From the NCBI GenBank assembly GCA_012295275.1, contig CM022678.1:15748001-15812000 (forward strand): a stretch of 64,000 nucleotides of DNA, in the 5' to 3' direction. The position numbers and the translations under genes are program-made. How positions within the stretch are numbered: the first letter of the stretch is position 1; each line of letters begins with the position of its first letter. Positions 1 through 16,270 of this stretch are shown in pieces. Under the pieces are notes generated by a model. The model made no database searches and was not told the origin of the DNA. It worked only from the letters and a program-made list of their open reading frames with translations. This DNA comes from Chrysomallon squamiferum. Lineage: Eukaryota > Animalia > Mollusca.

Positions 1-1017
1 AGTTTGTGACGTGATTCGTTCAAGCTCATCTGTTCATTTGTTTCTGCTCGCAATATTTGTCGATTTCGTGCGCAGAAATTGTTTATTAAGAAAACAAATC
101 AGAGGCCATGTTTATTTTTGCTTCCAAGCACTTTGTTAGCTGTGACAAACTCCCTTGAAAATCATTTATAGACATTTACGCATGAAATGAACCATAGGAA
201 AAAAAAAAAAATGTTGAATTTTCGTTATTTCTGTTATTTTTTATTTTTATTTTTGATTGTTCTATAACACTGCAGATAAAAACAGTAAACGTAGAACTGA
301 ATACTGTGAGTTTCTGCATGTTTGGGAGTCCGTGTGCGTGTTGTCTGTTTCAGTGAGTTGTGTGTGTATGTGAGTATGGTGTTAATTGGTGTGTCTGGTA
401 TTTTATCAGATACAAAAAATTAAGAATTAAAAGTTAACAATTTTGTTAAACCGCATATAACATACAAATCAAACAAAGTTAAAAAAAAAAAATTAATAAT
501 AATAAAAAAATGAACAGTATTTTAAAATCACGCCTGCATTGTATTAATAAAACACACCCAAAGATGTTCATGTTGGAAATCACGTTTTCGAACTCACTTT
601 TATTATTTTTCGTTTGATGAAGATGGCCACACCTATGACCCTTAATGTCCGTGGACACCTGACGTCACAGCACGTGTTGTATTAATCACTAAAGATTAGA
701 TAACTGCTACATGGTTTTTGTTATATATTTTGTGTTTGGCATTTTCTCTAAGACGTGTATGTTTCCTGGTGGCTGTTGTTTAATAAACACTTCTAACATT
801 TGGTGAATGTCTGACGTCAGCTACAGATTATTTTGCTCTTGGGACTGTGTTAATTATCACATTGTCTGTTAAATACCAGCGTTTGCTTCAGGTACAGTTA
901 TCTTTGTGGAGTCACAATTAATGTAAAACGAATTAATATATTCTATTAATATCGTGAATGTGATCCAAATAAGAAATCGCACGTACAAACATGTGCACCT
1001 ATATGCACGCGGGCGCG

Positions 1018-1059
<42 letters not shown>

Positions 1060-1097
1060 CACATACATATATATATATAAATAATATTTTCCTTTAA

Positions 1098-1168
<71 letters not shown>

Positions 1169-2153
1169 CCCATACACAGCCACATACACACAACATAAAC
1201 ACACACTAACATTTTTTTTTTTTTTTTTTAAATGACTATTTCGTCATTCGCTCCCAACCTACAAACTTCAAAATACAGGTAAGAAGTGTCATTAAAGATA
1301 CAGTATATTTCTTCCTAAATAACCTTTGACCCCCGAAATGTCACCAGCCGGAAATTCGAGAAGTGTTAGTCAGAACTGTAAAATAATCAAACCAAATTAA
1401 TTACTCAGTGAAATGGATGAGAACTGAAATTCAATATGGACGCCTGAGTTAGGCTTAGTGTGGAGGTATTTAGTGTCCCTGTCAGCTGTTCTCTTTCATA
1501 CATGAACAGACTGCAACCAGCCCGGTCAATGACCTTTACAGATCTCGAGACTACTTGTAGTTATTAAAGTTATTATTATTATTACAATTTATTTATTTAT
1601 GTATTTATTATTATTATTATCATCATCATCATCATCATCATCATCATTATTATTTATTTATTTATTTATTATTATTATTTTATTATTGTTATTTATTATA
1701 ATTTTATTATATATTATTATTATTTATTTAATTGTTATTTATTATTATTATTATTATGATTATTATTATTATATATTATTATTTATTTTATTACTGTTTA
1801 TTATTATTATTATAATTTAGTATTATTATTTATTATATTATATATTATTATTTATTTTTATTACTGTTTATTATTATTATTATTATTTAAAATTACACAT
1901 AAATGGGTGCAGTTAAAACGTGGCTGAGACGGACTACAAAATTAGACTTTGACCTCGCTGACATATTCACCTTTATGGAGTTTCTTAAATACCAGCGTTT
2001 GCTTCAGGTAATTACACTGTGACATTATAGTAAAATAAATTAATATCGGTGAAATAAATCATAATATGCGAATAAAGACACACATGAATGTAGTCTCCAA
2101 ACTCATCTCTGGTTTCTTATTTAGAATACTGTCTCTCAGCCCTTCATAACTAC

Positions 2154-2195
<42 letters not shown>

Positions 2196-4762
2196 TTATT
2201 ATTATTATTATTATGAGTAGTAAAAGTGGTATTACTACTACTACAATTATTATTGTTATTACTACTACTACTACTATATATATTTTATTATTGTTGTTGT
2301 TGTTGTTGTTATTAGGAGTAGCAAAACAGGCAGCTTTAGCTATATTAACTGCAGGTGTAATAGGTAGTAGTAGTAAAAACTACAAGAAGCTTTACTAGTA
2401 GTAGCTAATAGTAGCTGTTGATAGTATTAGTAATAGCAGATTATCTTTATTAAAACTACTACTACTTTTACTAGTACTATTACTACTACTACAATTAATA
2501 TTGTTATTACTACTGCTACTACTACTACTGCTGCTGTTGCTGCTACTACTACTTTACCATTATTGTTATTATTACTACTACTACTACTACCTACTACTGC
2601 TATTATTAGGTACTACTACTATTATTATAATTATTACTACTACTACTACTACTGCTACTATTACTATTACTATAATTATTACTGTAAGAGCATGTGCGAC
2701 AGAGAGAAAGAAAGAAGCAGAAAGAAAGGGAGGTATTACGTAACAGTGCTGGTTATTTATCTTTTGTCGATCTGTCTCTCAGTTATGTTCACACCTGGGC
2801 CTTGCTTTGATGCGATCCTGGACAAAGTTTCACGTGCTTTCTTCTCTGTTACGTAACACGTTCATTTCAGGTCGTCGTAAACTGCTGATAGTAATTTTCA
2901 AAGCTTCATCTTTGTGTTCATATCTTGAAGTAAATATGTGGTATTATTATTATTATTGTTATTAGTAGTAGTAGTAGTAGTAGTAGTACTACTACTACTG
3001 CTATTATTATTATTGCTGTTGTTATAATTATTATTATTACTACTACGATTATTATTATTATTATTATTATATTATTATGTTTACTATTATTGTTGTTGTT
3101 GTTATGTTGTTATTGTTATCATTATTGTTGTTTTTGCTGTGTTTAGTGTTATTATTATTTTACTAATTTAGAATAGTCTGCAGACAAAAGAGATCAGCAG
3201 TAATAATAAAAAAAGAAACAACAAGAAAATACTTTTTTTTTTTACAAAGTATACCTTTTATCCGATGATATTAAAATATTTTTATTTTCATTTTGGAGAC
3301 TCAGTAAACAAAGATGTCAAATATATATAAAATAAAAATTAAAATAATATAAAAATAAAATAACTAAATAATTAAGTAAATAAATAAATTTAACTAAACG
3401 AACACGAAACAAACAGTCTAGTTAATTTCTGTAACAAACTGCTATTTCAATAACACAAACAAACAAAACCCATGAAATAACGTGATAACCTTTTTAAATC
3501 TGTCCTCGATTTCAAACTGAACAAACAACAGAAGTCCGCCGCAGAAGTCTCGTGAATTCCCAGCTAAACTACAACCCTCCTCCCCCCGCCAACAGGTGCG
3601 ACGGCTTCGGTTCCCCCTTGTCAAGGTGACAATGGCTGTATATCGAGTGCACTGAAGCGTGATGCTACACTGACTGAGTCACACGTTCTCAAAAGCATGT
3701 CAGAAAGCAGTGGACCGAATCACGTTGTTTATTATATTAACATTCACTAGTTTGCCATGACCTTCCTGTGCTTATGTTATTTCATCTATATGCTTTTTTT
3801 TTTCTATATTATTTTTGAATATTATGCAGAAATATTCGTATGCATGCTAGTATTAAGCACATTAAGTGTGTAACTGATGTACATTCACGAATACAAACAT
3901 ACATATATTGAATATATGCATACTAAAAAAAGTACACAAAATCGCATAGATGCGTACAAATATACATATATAAAAAGTGCATTTGTATGTGCATGAGTGC
4001 GTGCGTAAATGCCAACAGACTTATATAAAATTGCATTAGTAACTTATAAACATATAGGCATACATATATTAAACTGCATAGTAATTGAATGCATACATAC
4101 ACACACATACATACACACACACACACAGACACACACTCAATTGTGCATACAAAGATATATAAAATTGCATGGTAATTTAAATGCATTCATGCAAACAAAT
4201 ATACATATAAAAAATTGTATTGGACTTATATGCATACAAAGAAAAACATATAAAACTACATTGACAACGTATTACATGGATAATAAAGATACATTATTAG
4301 AATACATGCACACAAACATGCTAACATACACGTGAATACACATAAATGGACACACACATACAAATACACAAAACCCCCTCCACCCCAAACACATTGAAAT
4401 ATATATGTATATAGTCATACATATCCATTCAGACACATTCATAAATACATACTGATACAAACACATACTACATACCCACAAACATACACATACACAAATA
4501 CACATATACAAACAAACATACATACCCAAACACACGCACATACCCATACACATACATCCATATAATACACACGTGCCCATACAGACCCACACATATATGT
4601 ACACACCCATACACACATACACGCTACTATTATTACTACCCTTACTTTACTATCAGCATCCTACTGCTAATATTACACCACTGCCTATATTACTAAAACA
4701 GTCTGTACTGTAACTGTAGTAATAAATTATAATACTTTAGTCTATATATAATACAATACTTT

Positions 4763-4804
<42 letters not shown>

Positions 4805-5204
4805 AACGTCTGCCTGTCACTCTTCTATTTATTTGTTTTTCTGTCTCTCTGTATAATATTCTGTTTTATCTGTGCGCCATTCAGTCTGTCTGTGAGTGTT
4901 TCTGTTTTGTCTCTAAACTGTGTATCTGTAATCTACTTTAACTCACTAACCACTTGCTCGCTGGCCTATGCACGATATAAATAACAGTAATGTACGTACA
5001 GACTAAATTAACAAGCAGTAAATCAGTAATGAAGATATAGAGCAGATTATGTTTAATTTAATCACTGTGTGTGGGAAACTGTCAGCTCATCAGCTCAGTT
5101 ATTGTTGGACGTTTTAGAATCGCTTGTCCGCTTAGAAATGTCACCCTGCCTACGAATTATTTGATTTGATTGAATTAATAAATCTTCATTTATTTTATTA
5201 TTTA

Positions 5205-5345
5205 TTTATTGATATATTTACTTACTTACTTATTCGCTTATTTATTTAATGATATATTTACTTAGTCACGTATTTATTTATTGATATATTTACTTACTTG
5301 CTTAGTCACTTATTTATTTAATGATATATTTACTTAGTTACTTAT
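5205..5345. repeat. Degenerate 30-40 bp AT-rich tandem repeat (TGATATATTTACTTA core, 4 copies)
   Basis: Directly visible. Confidence 0.7.
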
Positions 5346-5479
5346 TAATTTATTTATTTGTGTTTGTTTGTTTGTTTATTTATTTATTTGTTTCTTTCTT
5401 TATTGTCTTATTTATTAATTAATTTATTTTTTTATTTGTCTTTTTGTTTGTTTATATATTTTTATTTGTTTGTTAGTTT

Positions 5480-5511
<32 letters not shown>

Positions 5512-6162
5512 TATTGTCATTCAGGGTATCTTCTACCTCACTGAAGTTTGAGTATGTAGAGTGTCTACAACCGCTCTGTTCATTTTTCGATTATCTTGAA
5601 TAAACTCGAGTTATTCTTGTAGGGTTCAAAGGACAGGTCAGTTTGATAAATTTGTTATTGCCTCGACCATTCAAATCGTCTGACACGTGACTACACGAAA
5701 AGATCGTGATACACAAGCTTTCCGTGTCTTTTATTCTTCTTGTTATTGTTAATATTTCTTCTTCTTTTTCTTCTTCTTCTAGTTTTTAATTATTATTTCT
5801 GGGTTTTTGTATTCTTCTTTTTCATTTTATTTTTTTATTTTTTATTCTTCTTATCTGTGTGTGTGGGCGGTGTTTGCACGTCCTGTATGAGTAATTGCTG
5901 TTGACACGTCAGTACACTATAACATAAGCAGTTTCTAGGTGATTCGGGTTTGGAATGAAATTTAAGGTGAGTAATTTAGGATAAGCACCGAATAAGTGAT
6001 GTGTCACCACCCAAATATAAGAAATATTAAGTGACAAAGTGTTTAAATCTTCTGACAGGCTCAGGGTTCACTCACAACGAGGCAACTTCTGTCTGTGTGT
6101 CTGTCTGTCTGACCGTTTGTTGGTTTCTTCTCTCTCTCTCTCTCTCTCTGTCCACACACACA

Positions 6163-6203
<41 letters not shown>

Positions 6204-6509
6204 GATTATATTTATAAGACGTTTGTTTGTTTGTTTGTTTATATGCACCTTTCCTAACTATAATTACTATAATCAATAAGTTTTGGAACAGACTGGAACG
6301 GGAAATAGTTAATTACAGTTTTTAGAAGGATTGATCCGAAGTCTCGTTATACCTCCACACCTCTCTTTGACCACTAAGCTACAATATGACCACTACGATG
6401 AAAACAGAGCTGACCCCAAATCATTGTCCAGTGAAGCTTGGTATAAACCATTGTCTTTCAGAGATCCGGTAAGACCTGAACAAAGGCAGATACTACAAAA
6501 CGGTAGTAG

Positions 6510-6563
<54 letters not shown>

Positions 6564-8562
6564 ATATACATATTATAATATGCATATATATGCCCAGGTC
6601 AGCCGTGCTAAAATTCAGTAGTGAGTAAGAACATTATTTAGATTTTGTTTGTTTTATTTTATTTTATTTTATACAGTTGCAGTTTTCTCTTTCTGTTATT
6701 TTTATAATCTTTCTATCATTATCTGTTAGATGAAGTACATTGCTCAAGAAAGCCATTATACAACATGCGTCGTTAAACACTGACAGAAATGGGACATGCG
6801 CAGTGCAGATCTCAGCTTATGTGACCCACTGCGTAAAATTTAAACGTATAAAAACATACAGTTATTAATAAATATAACAACCAGTTCTGTTTAAAAGAGA
6901 AAATAAATGATCGATTATTATTTTTTATATTTATTTTTCTTTAGTACGTCAAATAGAACAATAATAAAACAAAAATAACATCAAAAACGACAACATAATG
7001 ATCGGAAACTGTTCCCAACAACTACCGCAGATTTCAATTTTTTTGGTTTAAAGTGTAAGTTATTTAGTGCACTTCCATTAAGTGAACAATAAAATGCTAA
7101 TAATGACGGTAACAGTGAAAACAAATCAAGAAAATAAATGGCTAAGTGTAATAAAATATTTTTTTTATAAAAGTAATGATAATAAACAAGGCAGAAAAAG
7201 AAATAAAAAGCAATAAAATCTATTAACAGTGACGTCCATTAAAAGAATAATATGAACAGTGATGAAGACACAACAGCAGCAACAAACAAACACAAATAAG
7301 AAGAAGAAGAAGAAAAAGAAGAAGAATGAGGATGAGGATTACGATAATGATGATGATAACAACAACAACAACACTGGTAACAAAAATAATCGAGACTAGG
7401 AATAATAATTAAATTCATTATATCATAATTTTCATCATCATCATCGTCGTTGTCGTCGTTATCATCATCGTCATTTATTACATTAATTTAAACTTTATTT
7501 TTATTTTTATTTTCATTTCGTTTTTCCTGGTTTTGTCTGAAGGTCACTTCTCTTCCTGGTCAGGACGTTGTGGTTTTATACGATGACCTTGCTGTCTGTA
7601 GCCTTGACATCAAAGGTGCTGCTGACGTTTCAAACACACCGTGTCCAGGTGATATCACAAATGACCTACCATCTGTTTTTACGTTTCTGCTGAGGTCACA
7701 CCTGTAGTGAACATTCTGTTTATTAACCTGGTTTGATAAGTAAATTATGTACTATGGACACGTTACGTTGTCAATTTCAGGGCTTTTCTTTTGATTAATA
7801 ATTGTAATTAATAGAATTTCTAAAATTGTATTGAATAAAAAAATATAGAAATTGGGTATAGTTATAAAAAAAAAAAACCAATAGAAACAAAAAAAAAAAA
7901 AAAAAATCCTTGTAAAAAAAAAAAAAAAAATAAAAAAAAATAAATTAAAAATAAAATAAAATAAAATAAAATAATAAAAAAAGGTGGAAGGAAAATAAAA
8001 TAGTTTTTTTTTTTACTATTTAGTAGTAGGTTTCATTATCAATATTATTTTTTATCTTATCCTACACTTAACTTAATTCTACTATAACAGCAGATAAACG
8101 AATTTCCACTGACAGTTACTGAAACTGCCATCGTATAATGGCTAACAAGAAGCTATATATCTCCGTAGCTAATAAATACCGGGTTTATCTGCGATCTCGT
8201 ATTACATAAAACAACTTGTCTTGGTGTACAGAGAACAATGAAGATGTTATTTATGTTATGTCAAATAACTGTTATCTCTTCAGAGAGTGAAGTATGTACA
8301 AAGTTAGGCTCTTCTTACAGTCCTGTCTTTTTTCAGGTTTTGTTTTTTGTTATTTTCTTTTCTCGTCAGTTTAACGTCTGTGTCTTTTCAAAAGTTTCGT
8401 TAAACGTGGGTTTTTTGTTGTTGTTTTTTTATTTTATTGTGGGATAGGATATTTCAGTTTTGTGTTGGTTCGTGTAAACGCGTGCGTATGCATGTATGTT
8501 TGTTTAGTGTATTTGATCGCGTGTTGTGTGTTAGTTTTCTTATTTATTTATTTATTTTCTTC

Positions 8563-8632
<70 letters not shown>

Positions 8633-8755
8633 TAATTGTGGTTTCCATATCTGTTTATTTATAGGTAATGTATCTGTTGCTGTTTTTATGGTTACCTTAT
8701 ACAACAATGTAGGTATGTCTTTATGCATTCATGCGTGGTATGTATCTGTAGGTCA

Positions 8756-8817
<62 letters not shown>

Positions 8818-8873
8818 TTAAGTATATATCGCTTTTACATTCATATCTCTGTTATATTAATTAATTAATTAAA

Positions 8874-8910
<37 letters not shown>

Positions 8911-8958
8911 TACGCCTGCTATTTGTTAAAATATGAATATCAACGTACATTAAAAATA

Positions 8959-9010
<52 letters not shown>

Positions 9011-9730
9011 TTTATTTCTAACGTACTTATTACATTCAGAAAATGTGCAATTATCTAAAAAAAATTCAGTAACCAAATTTACTCATTTTACTGTGTGACT
9101 TATTTATTCCATCATTTTTCTTCTTCTTCTTCTACTTCTTTCTAAATATTTCAAACATTAAAACGTGTAGTTTCCGCCTGCGCCCTGCCGCGGAATCCTT
9201 TAAGATATTTTACAGCTATTTCAGCGATGACCATGCATTAAAAGTCACGTGCTGCTAATTACTCTAACGCGGGAAAAGCCTCGAGACGGCACGCGGTCAC
9301 GCGACCTTGCGCTCGCAGACGATCTAAACAGTGGTTAGCCGTCCGCCGGTAAAAGGAAATTCAGTTTCATAACAACGCCGTCGTTGACAATCAAATTTCG
9401 GGTTTCTTCTCGCTCCGATTACGCTGAAAATTATTCTGTTCGAAGATTTAAACTAAGCGAGGACACATAAAGATAGCATTTTGTTGTTACGCATGCGTTA
9501 TATGCAAAGAAAAAATCAACAACAACACCCTTGTTATTCGTTATATAATGTAATGCACTTGAATATTTGAATTTAAAAAATGAAAACGGCGTGCTTATTA
9601 TTATAATGCGAATTTCAAATAAGTTTAGTTTTTTTGTTGTTTTTTTCCCTTAAATTCAGTATTAAAGTAATAAATACTTCGGATTTTATAATGTGTTAAT
9701 TAACATTTGCGTTTATGCTTGTGTGTGTCT

Positions 9731-9765
<35 letters not shown>

Positions 9766-10599
9766 AGTGTGTATGTTTGTGTGTGTCTGTGTGTGTGTGT
9801 TTGTGTGTGTGTTTAGAGGATTTTTAGCTGAGAAATCTATAAAATGGCGGCAGTCGTTTTTCTATTTCATACTAATAATCAAGCTGGCAATTATAATATC
9901 TATTTTGAGTTGCCGTGAAAGCAGCATTCGTTTATTTCTAGAAAATGTATTATCTGTTCCACCGATTCTGAAAGCACTGTCATGATCGAACCATATTTCA
10001 TTATTAACTGCTTATATATTAATTATACTAACTACTCGCTGTATGTTGATAACCGCCAATGATAACTGCTGCATCAAAACATAAAACTATTACAGGTAAC
10101 AGAAATAGTCGATATTACTATATATATATATACAACATTGATGTGCAACGGCGGATATTACAGTTGAAACAGATACAAACTTAGTCGAAACAGACGTATT
10201 GATATTTTTTTATATGTCATCGAGTGCATGATGCATGTATGTATGTATGTATGTATGTGTGTGTTGTGTGCTTGTATATTTGTATGTGTGTGTGTATGTG
10301 TGTGTGTATGTGTGTGTTGTGTGTGTATATGTATTTGTATGTAGTTGTATGTATGTGGTTGTATGTGTGTATGTATGGAATATAGTGCACAATAATAACA
10401 ACACACATGTATTGTTTGTATGCACTGTAGCTGCAGTGTAAGACAAAACGACTAGCTTGCAGTGTCCTATTTAATTAATGAAATATAACGTTGAAACCGT
10501 TCAGTATCTGAAGTGTAATTTTAACCTTTGTTTAGACAATAAATTCAGTTTAGTAAATTTTATACACCGGTTTTCGTTTGAAATGAATTATCGCTTATT

Positions 10600-10630
<31 letters not shown>

Positions 10631-11672
10631 TATATTTTATTTTTTTTTTTTTTTGCGCTTCGTTTATGCTAATTTAATGTGATGACAAGTAGTCTGTTAT
10701 CACGTTTCTGATATAAATCAGTTACTGGCAGAGCCAGTTCATTATCTGCAGGAAATACAAATAACAATAATGATAATGAATATAATATTAATATATATGT
10801 CAGAAAGCACTTCCAGTGTGTATATATATATATATATATAATAATAATAATATATAAATCAATTTTCATGATTTTTATCTTGTTTTATTGTTGTTTCTGT
10901 TTTATTACTAAAATTATGTCATAGTCATCATCACGATGGTAATTAATTTATAGATTAAAATCATCATCGTCATCATCATCATTCTTTTTACTTGCATTTA
11001 TATTTTATTCTTATTCTTCTCTCGTTCTTTTGTGGATTTTTTGGTTTACATCTACCTCTTGATTTTTACCTCACTCCTGAATGTAATTACTTTTCTTTTA
11101 CAATCGCATCACAAAATCAATTCATCACATCACGTACTATTTAACAATCCTCTTTTAAAAATAATTATTTGAATATCTTCATTCAAAGAGTTTATGAATC
11201 ACAGTCACCATTCGAATTACTGAATCTATTTAAGATTAGACCGCTTTCATCTTGATCAGACAGAAATACGCACAGCGAAGAATGAAAGCTGTCAGAATGG
11301 TGTATACAAACACAATGTCTGAATCATAACAGAAGTAGACAGTTGAAGTCAGTAAGACTCGCTTTCGTAGATGTTTTCACGGGTTTGTGTAGCCGTGTTC
11401 ATTTCAGTTCTCAGGTGTTTTTTAAACACGTACTGGATGACCCAGATAAATCGAGTGGATTGAATAATAGATGAAAAAACAACCAGGATGAATAATTGAA
11501 TGAATATACGAAAGGATGGATGAATAAACGAAAGAAGGAAGGAATTAAAATTGTATTTAGCAAAGTATGTAGTTAAATAATACTATATCTTTCTCTGTTC
11601 ATATATTTATGTATTTATCTGCATATTTCTCTGCCTCTATGAATAGTGCAAAGGCATGCATACACATGTCTT

Positions 11673-11716
<44 letters not shown>

Positions 11717-11756
11717 AAAAGAGTATGTCTGTGTGTGTATGTGTGTGAGTGTGTTC

Positions 11757-11810
<54 letters not shown>

Positions 11811-14456
11811 GATATATACGTACATATATGAACAGAGAAAGATATACAGAAAGAGTGAGAACAAGAAAAAGAAGTGGAACACAAGAGAAAATTACAATGA
11901 AAAGCAAAATGATATATATTAGAAATTTGTCTTGAGAGAGTACAAGCAGGTTTCAGCCAAACAAAACGCTCCAGTCTAAAGTATTTCTTTTTAACATCGC
12001 TGTAAAAAGTATAAACATTTGAGGAAGACGAAGTTTATTTTCAGTACAGGTATAGTGAAAAAAAATGAAAAAAGCCAACTGAACATGTCGTGGTCACAAA
12101 CACGGTGTTCACAAGGAATCTTCAAGTAATGCAACTAGTGATAAAAATATATGTGGGTGTTTTTGTTTCTTTTTATTTATTTATTTATTATTTGTATGAG
12201 AGTTATGAAAAAAATAAAATAAATAATAATAAATTTAAACGAGAACATAAAATAAAAGGAGAAGCAAGATAAATAACCAAGTAACTCTAAATTTTCACTC
12301 ATATCCCCCGAATAAAATATTAATTTATTATTGTTTTCTACCTCGTATTTATTTTTACAAATAAAACTATCTATCTAACTTAACTAATTAACTAACTAAA
12401 TAAATAAACAGAACATATCTAAAACAGATAATGTTACAATTTATCATAGCATTTCTATTAACATCTGACATCCATTTCAACACTGTCGGTAACGCGGCAC
12501 ATGTCAATGATACATTATTATTCACATCACGTGACTGTCTGCGTTCTGCACTCGAAAACAAACTGCTTGGAGCGTGACGTAGCACAGTTTGCCAGTCTGC
12601 TGCCGGGCAGACGGCTCTGGGTGAAAGACCGCCAACCTTGGAACGCGTCATCGGCTGCAGTTGTCTCGATACGCCGTAATGTGACAGAATAACAACGCTA
12701 CTGTGTTCGTTAGCATAATCACGTGATCATCTACGCAGAAATGCATCTGCACATTTTTGTGCAACAAAATATTAAGTTACTTCAGGTATAAGCAGAAGAT
12801 TAAAAGAAAGAAAAGAATGATATAATGTGGTGAAGATAGTTATAATTATAATAATAAGAACAACAACAGTATTAATAATATAACAATAACATTAATGGTA
12901 ACAGCTATAATAATAAGAAAAACAATAACAGCAACTACAACAAAAATAAAGACAAAAACAACAATAACAATAATAATTATTACTCTTTATCTTCTAACAT
13001 TAATGATAATAATGATGATAACGATAAAAGTGGTGATGGTGATAATTATGATAAATAAATAAATAAATAAATAAAATAACCCTCCCATTCACGATAAAAC
13101 AGCTTTTAATAAACACACATAAACGCGCGCGCACACAAAAGAGTAATAGGAAAAAGAAAAGACCTTAGAATGAAAACTCGATTTTAATATGAACATAATT
13201 ATCACTGCCACATGCACGTGCACTGCAGTGCCTCTTGTCAGAATTTGTTAACGTGAAGAGGATTCAATTCATGTTTATAATAATACACATGAAGTTGTAA
13301 GGCGACACTTGCTGTTGCCGGAAACCTAATACATTACCAAATATGACTGGCAGGAGATTAAAATTACCACAAAACTCTAAGGAGCAATTTGTACTGTAAT
13401 TAAACACGATCACAGTAATATGCGTCGTCCACACTCGAAAACAAAAAGACGTCTGCTTCGCTATGTAAAGTGGACAGAACGCGGCCAGCTTCGCGAATCT
13501 TCGTTATTTTTTAAAATGTCTAATTATAGTTCGTCAGTTTTCGTAATTTCGCTTAATGCACCGCTGTTAGCTGCAATGAGCTGTCTTTTCCCGGCAATTC
13601 CATCGTTTTTCCAATTACTTTGGACACCTCCTCGTCTGTCCATTAGACTGAATACTGATTAGGTGTCGAAAAGACAAAGGATTTTAACGCGTGTCTTCTC
13701 GTCCGACGTCATTATGTGTTCGTTAAGCAACATTAATTCTGAATACTTTCGTTGTCGTCTTTTTTTTCTCCCTTCATCATCTTTTTGTATAATTGGCTGA
13801 ACCCGTTTCCTCTAGAAAATCGATGTTTCTATAATTTGCTGCAAAACAAAAATAAATAAATAAAAAATAAAACAGTATGTATAAGGTTGTCAGTTAATTC
13901 ATTATTTTATTTTATGTCTTTAGTTATTTAGGTTTAGCAATAGATTTTTGTTTTTGTAATACTGGATTTGAGATTTGTTTATGTTTGAGGTTAATTTTGC
14001 CATGCATCCTATTTTTTAAAATTATTTTCATTATGTTTCTTTCACTTATTAAAATTTCAGTTTTATATATATATATATATATAATGATATCCGAACATAA
14101 ATCATATTAAAATTACTTTTTATGTATGTTAGTTGGTTTGAAGTATATTACGTTATATGAAAATATTATATATTTAATATTGAATAATGAATCTTATGAT
14201 AGTCAAAGCGGTTGCTATAGTTATGTCTGTCTGTAATTCAGTCACATTGTTGCGTCATAATATTCAAAAGAAACGTATAAATGACGTATAGTTAAACAGT
14301 TATCGTAGGTGTCAGTGCAAAGGTTCGATCCGAGGTCTCTTCAGTTCTAGTATCAGCGCTGTTACCTGCCTTCTTTCTTTCTTTGTTTCGTTGTTTGTTT
14401 GTTTTTTTGTTTTTTGTTTTGTTTTTTTTAAACACTAACACTCTTCATCTTTCTCC

Positions 14457-14502
<46 letters not shown>

Positions 14503-14576
14503 TTGTTAATATTGTTGTTTCTATTCTATTCTTGTTTTATTACTAGCATTGTGTTGTTGTTTGTGATGATAAAAAT

Positions 14577-14635
<59 letters not shown>

Positions 14636-14939
14636 ACCTTAGCTTTAAGCTATCTCGTCCGAGCTAAAATCATAAGGATACGGATAAACAATAAATATTT
14701 ACGCCAGTACCCTGGGAATAAACAAATAAATGATGTTGATAATTGTAATAATCGACAGTAAATAAACTGATTAAATATTGATTTTGAGATTTGCTATAAT
14801 GTAGTTTTGAAGAAGTAACGAAATGACGACGCTGTATGTTAGTTGTTCAGAATTATCTTCTGTTTTTAATCTTTAAAAATCTGTCTGTTCCGAAAACAAT
14901 AGAAATTTTGACATACAGTTTGCACAAAATATCTGCTTA

Positions 14940-14987
<48 letters not shown>

Positions 14988-15784
14988 TCTTATATTTTAG
15001 AACATGAATTAATAAAACAAAATTTCATTTGACAAACTGTTATAAATTGATCATTTTGAACATGCAGAGTGGCTGGTTTTCTTATACGTACCAGTATAAT
15101 TTAAACAATAATTAGATTTATTTAACTATAATAATTTGAATTTTTCGACAGGTTTTGTGTTATAAAACTATTGACGAACCCGCCCGCATCTGATAGTTTC
15201 CAGGATAATCCGTGAAACAATTTGTTAAAACTTTAGTTTAGATATTGATGAAAGAAGAGTAACTCTTAATAGTCTCTGATTAGTCCTCCAAGAGTTACTT
15301 CCCCTGTACTTTCAAAATCCCTTTTCACAACCCATTCTAAAGTTTTAAAATTTACTCTGAAATGTAATTAAAAAATAAACATCTCAGTGCAAAAACCGGC
15401 AAATAAAATGTATGAATTATTCGTTAATTCAATTCTAAAAAAATACAGATCAAGAACAAAAACAAAATATAAAACAATGAAAAATAAGAGAAACATCAAC
15501 GCCGATCTGAAAAATTTGAAAGAACCTTACCTCAAAACAATTAATTATTCTTTTATTTATTTTATTACTGTTAATGAAGAAACCACTGCAATTGTTGTGG
15601 GGGAGGGAGCAGTTCAGAATATTAATCTCTAATGTTTATATCATGCATACGTTTCCACAAATTAAAAAACAATCTTCTACTTCTTACTATTCTTTTTTTT
15701 TAAATTGAAATTCCCGAGATTAGAAGATATCAATAAAATGATAATAACAATAATAATAATAATAATTTGACAAATTTAATTACG

Positions 15785-15932
15785 TATATTAAACAAATTG
15801 TAAAAACAAAGAACACAACAAGATATAAAATGTACAATGGAGTTTAATGAGAAATGAAACACGCCCTGCGTGAAAATAAATACAATGAATAAAATGAAGC
15901 ACTGAAATATGCATGATTTAAAATATAATAAT
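15785..15932 (-). terminator. Putative polyadenylation region of H1 copy A
   Basis: ATTAAA on minus at 15843-15848 followed by a GU-rich tract; mirror of 31370-31516. Confidence 0.65.
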
Positions 15933-16270
15933 AATAATTATTATTATTATTATTATTAAACAAAATGGAACATTCATAATGATAATGTCATTGTTCATGA
16001 AAGTTACAACACTTAGTTGATGACGGCGATGATGATGATGATGATGATGATAAAGGATATTTACAGACACTTGCTGATGTCATAGTTCTTCACAAATGTC
16101 ACATACACTGTGTGAACAGCCAAGATTTTATACACATTCTTAAAGTCAGTCCATTATACACTTGCATAAAGTCTGTGAAAACACTTGTTGATTTTACAGT
16201 CAAACACACAGTATGGAACAGATGATAGTTTTTTTTACATATTTACAAAGTCGCTGTACAATACATACAT

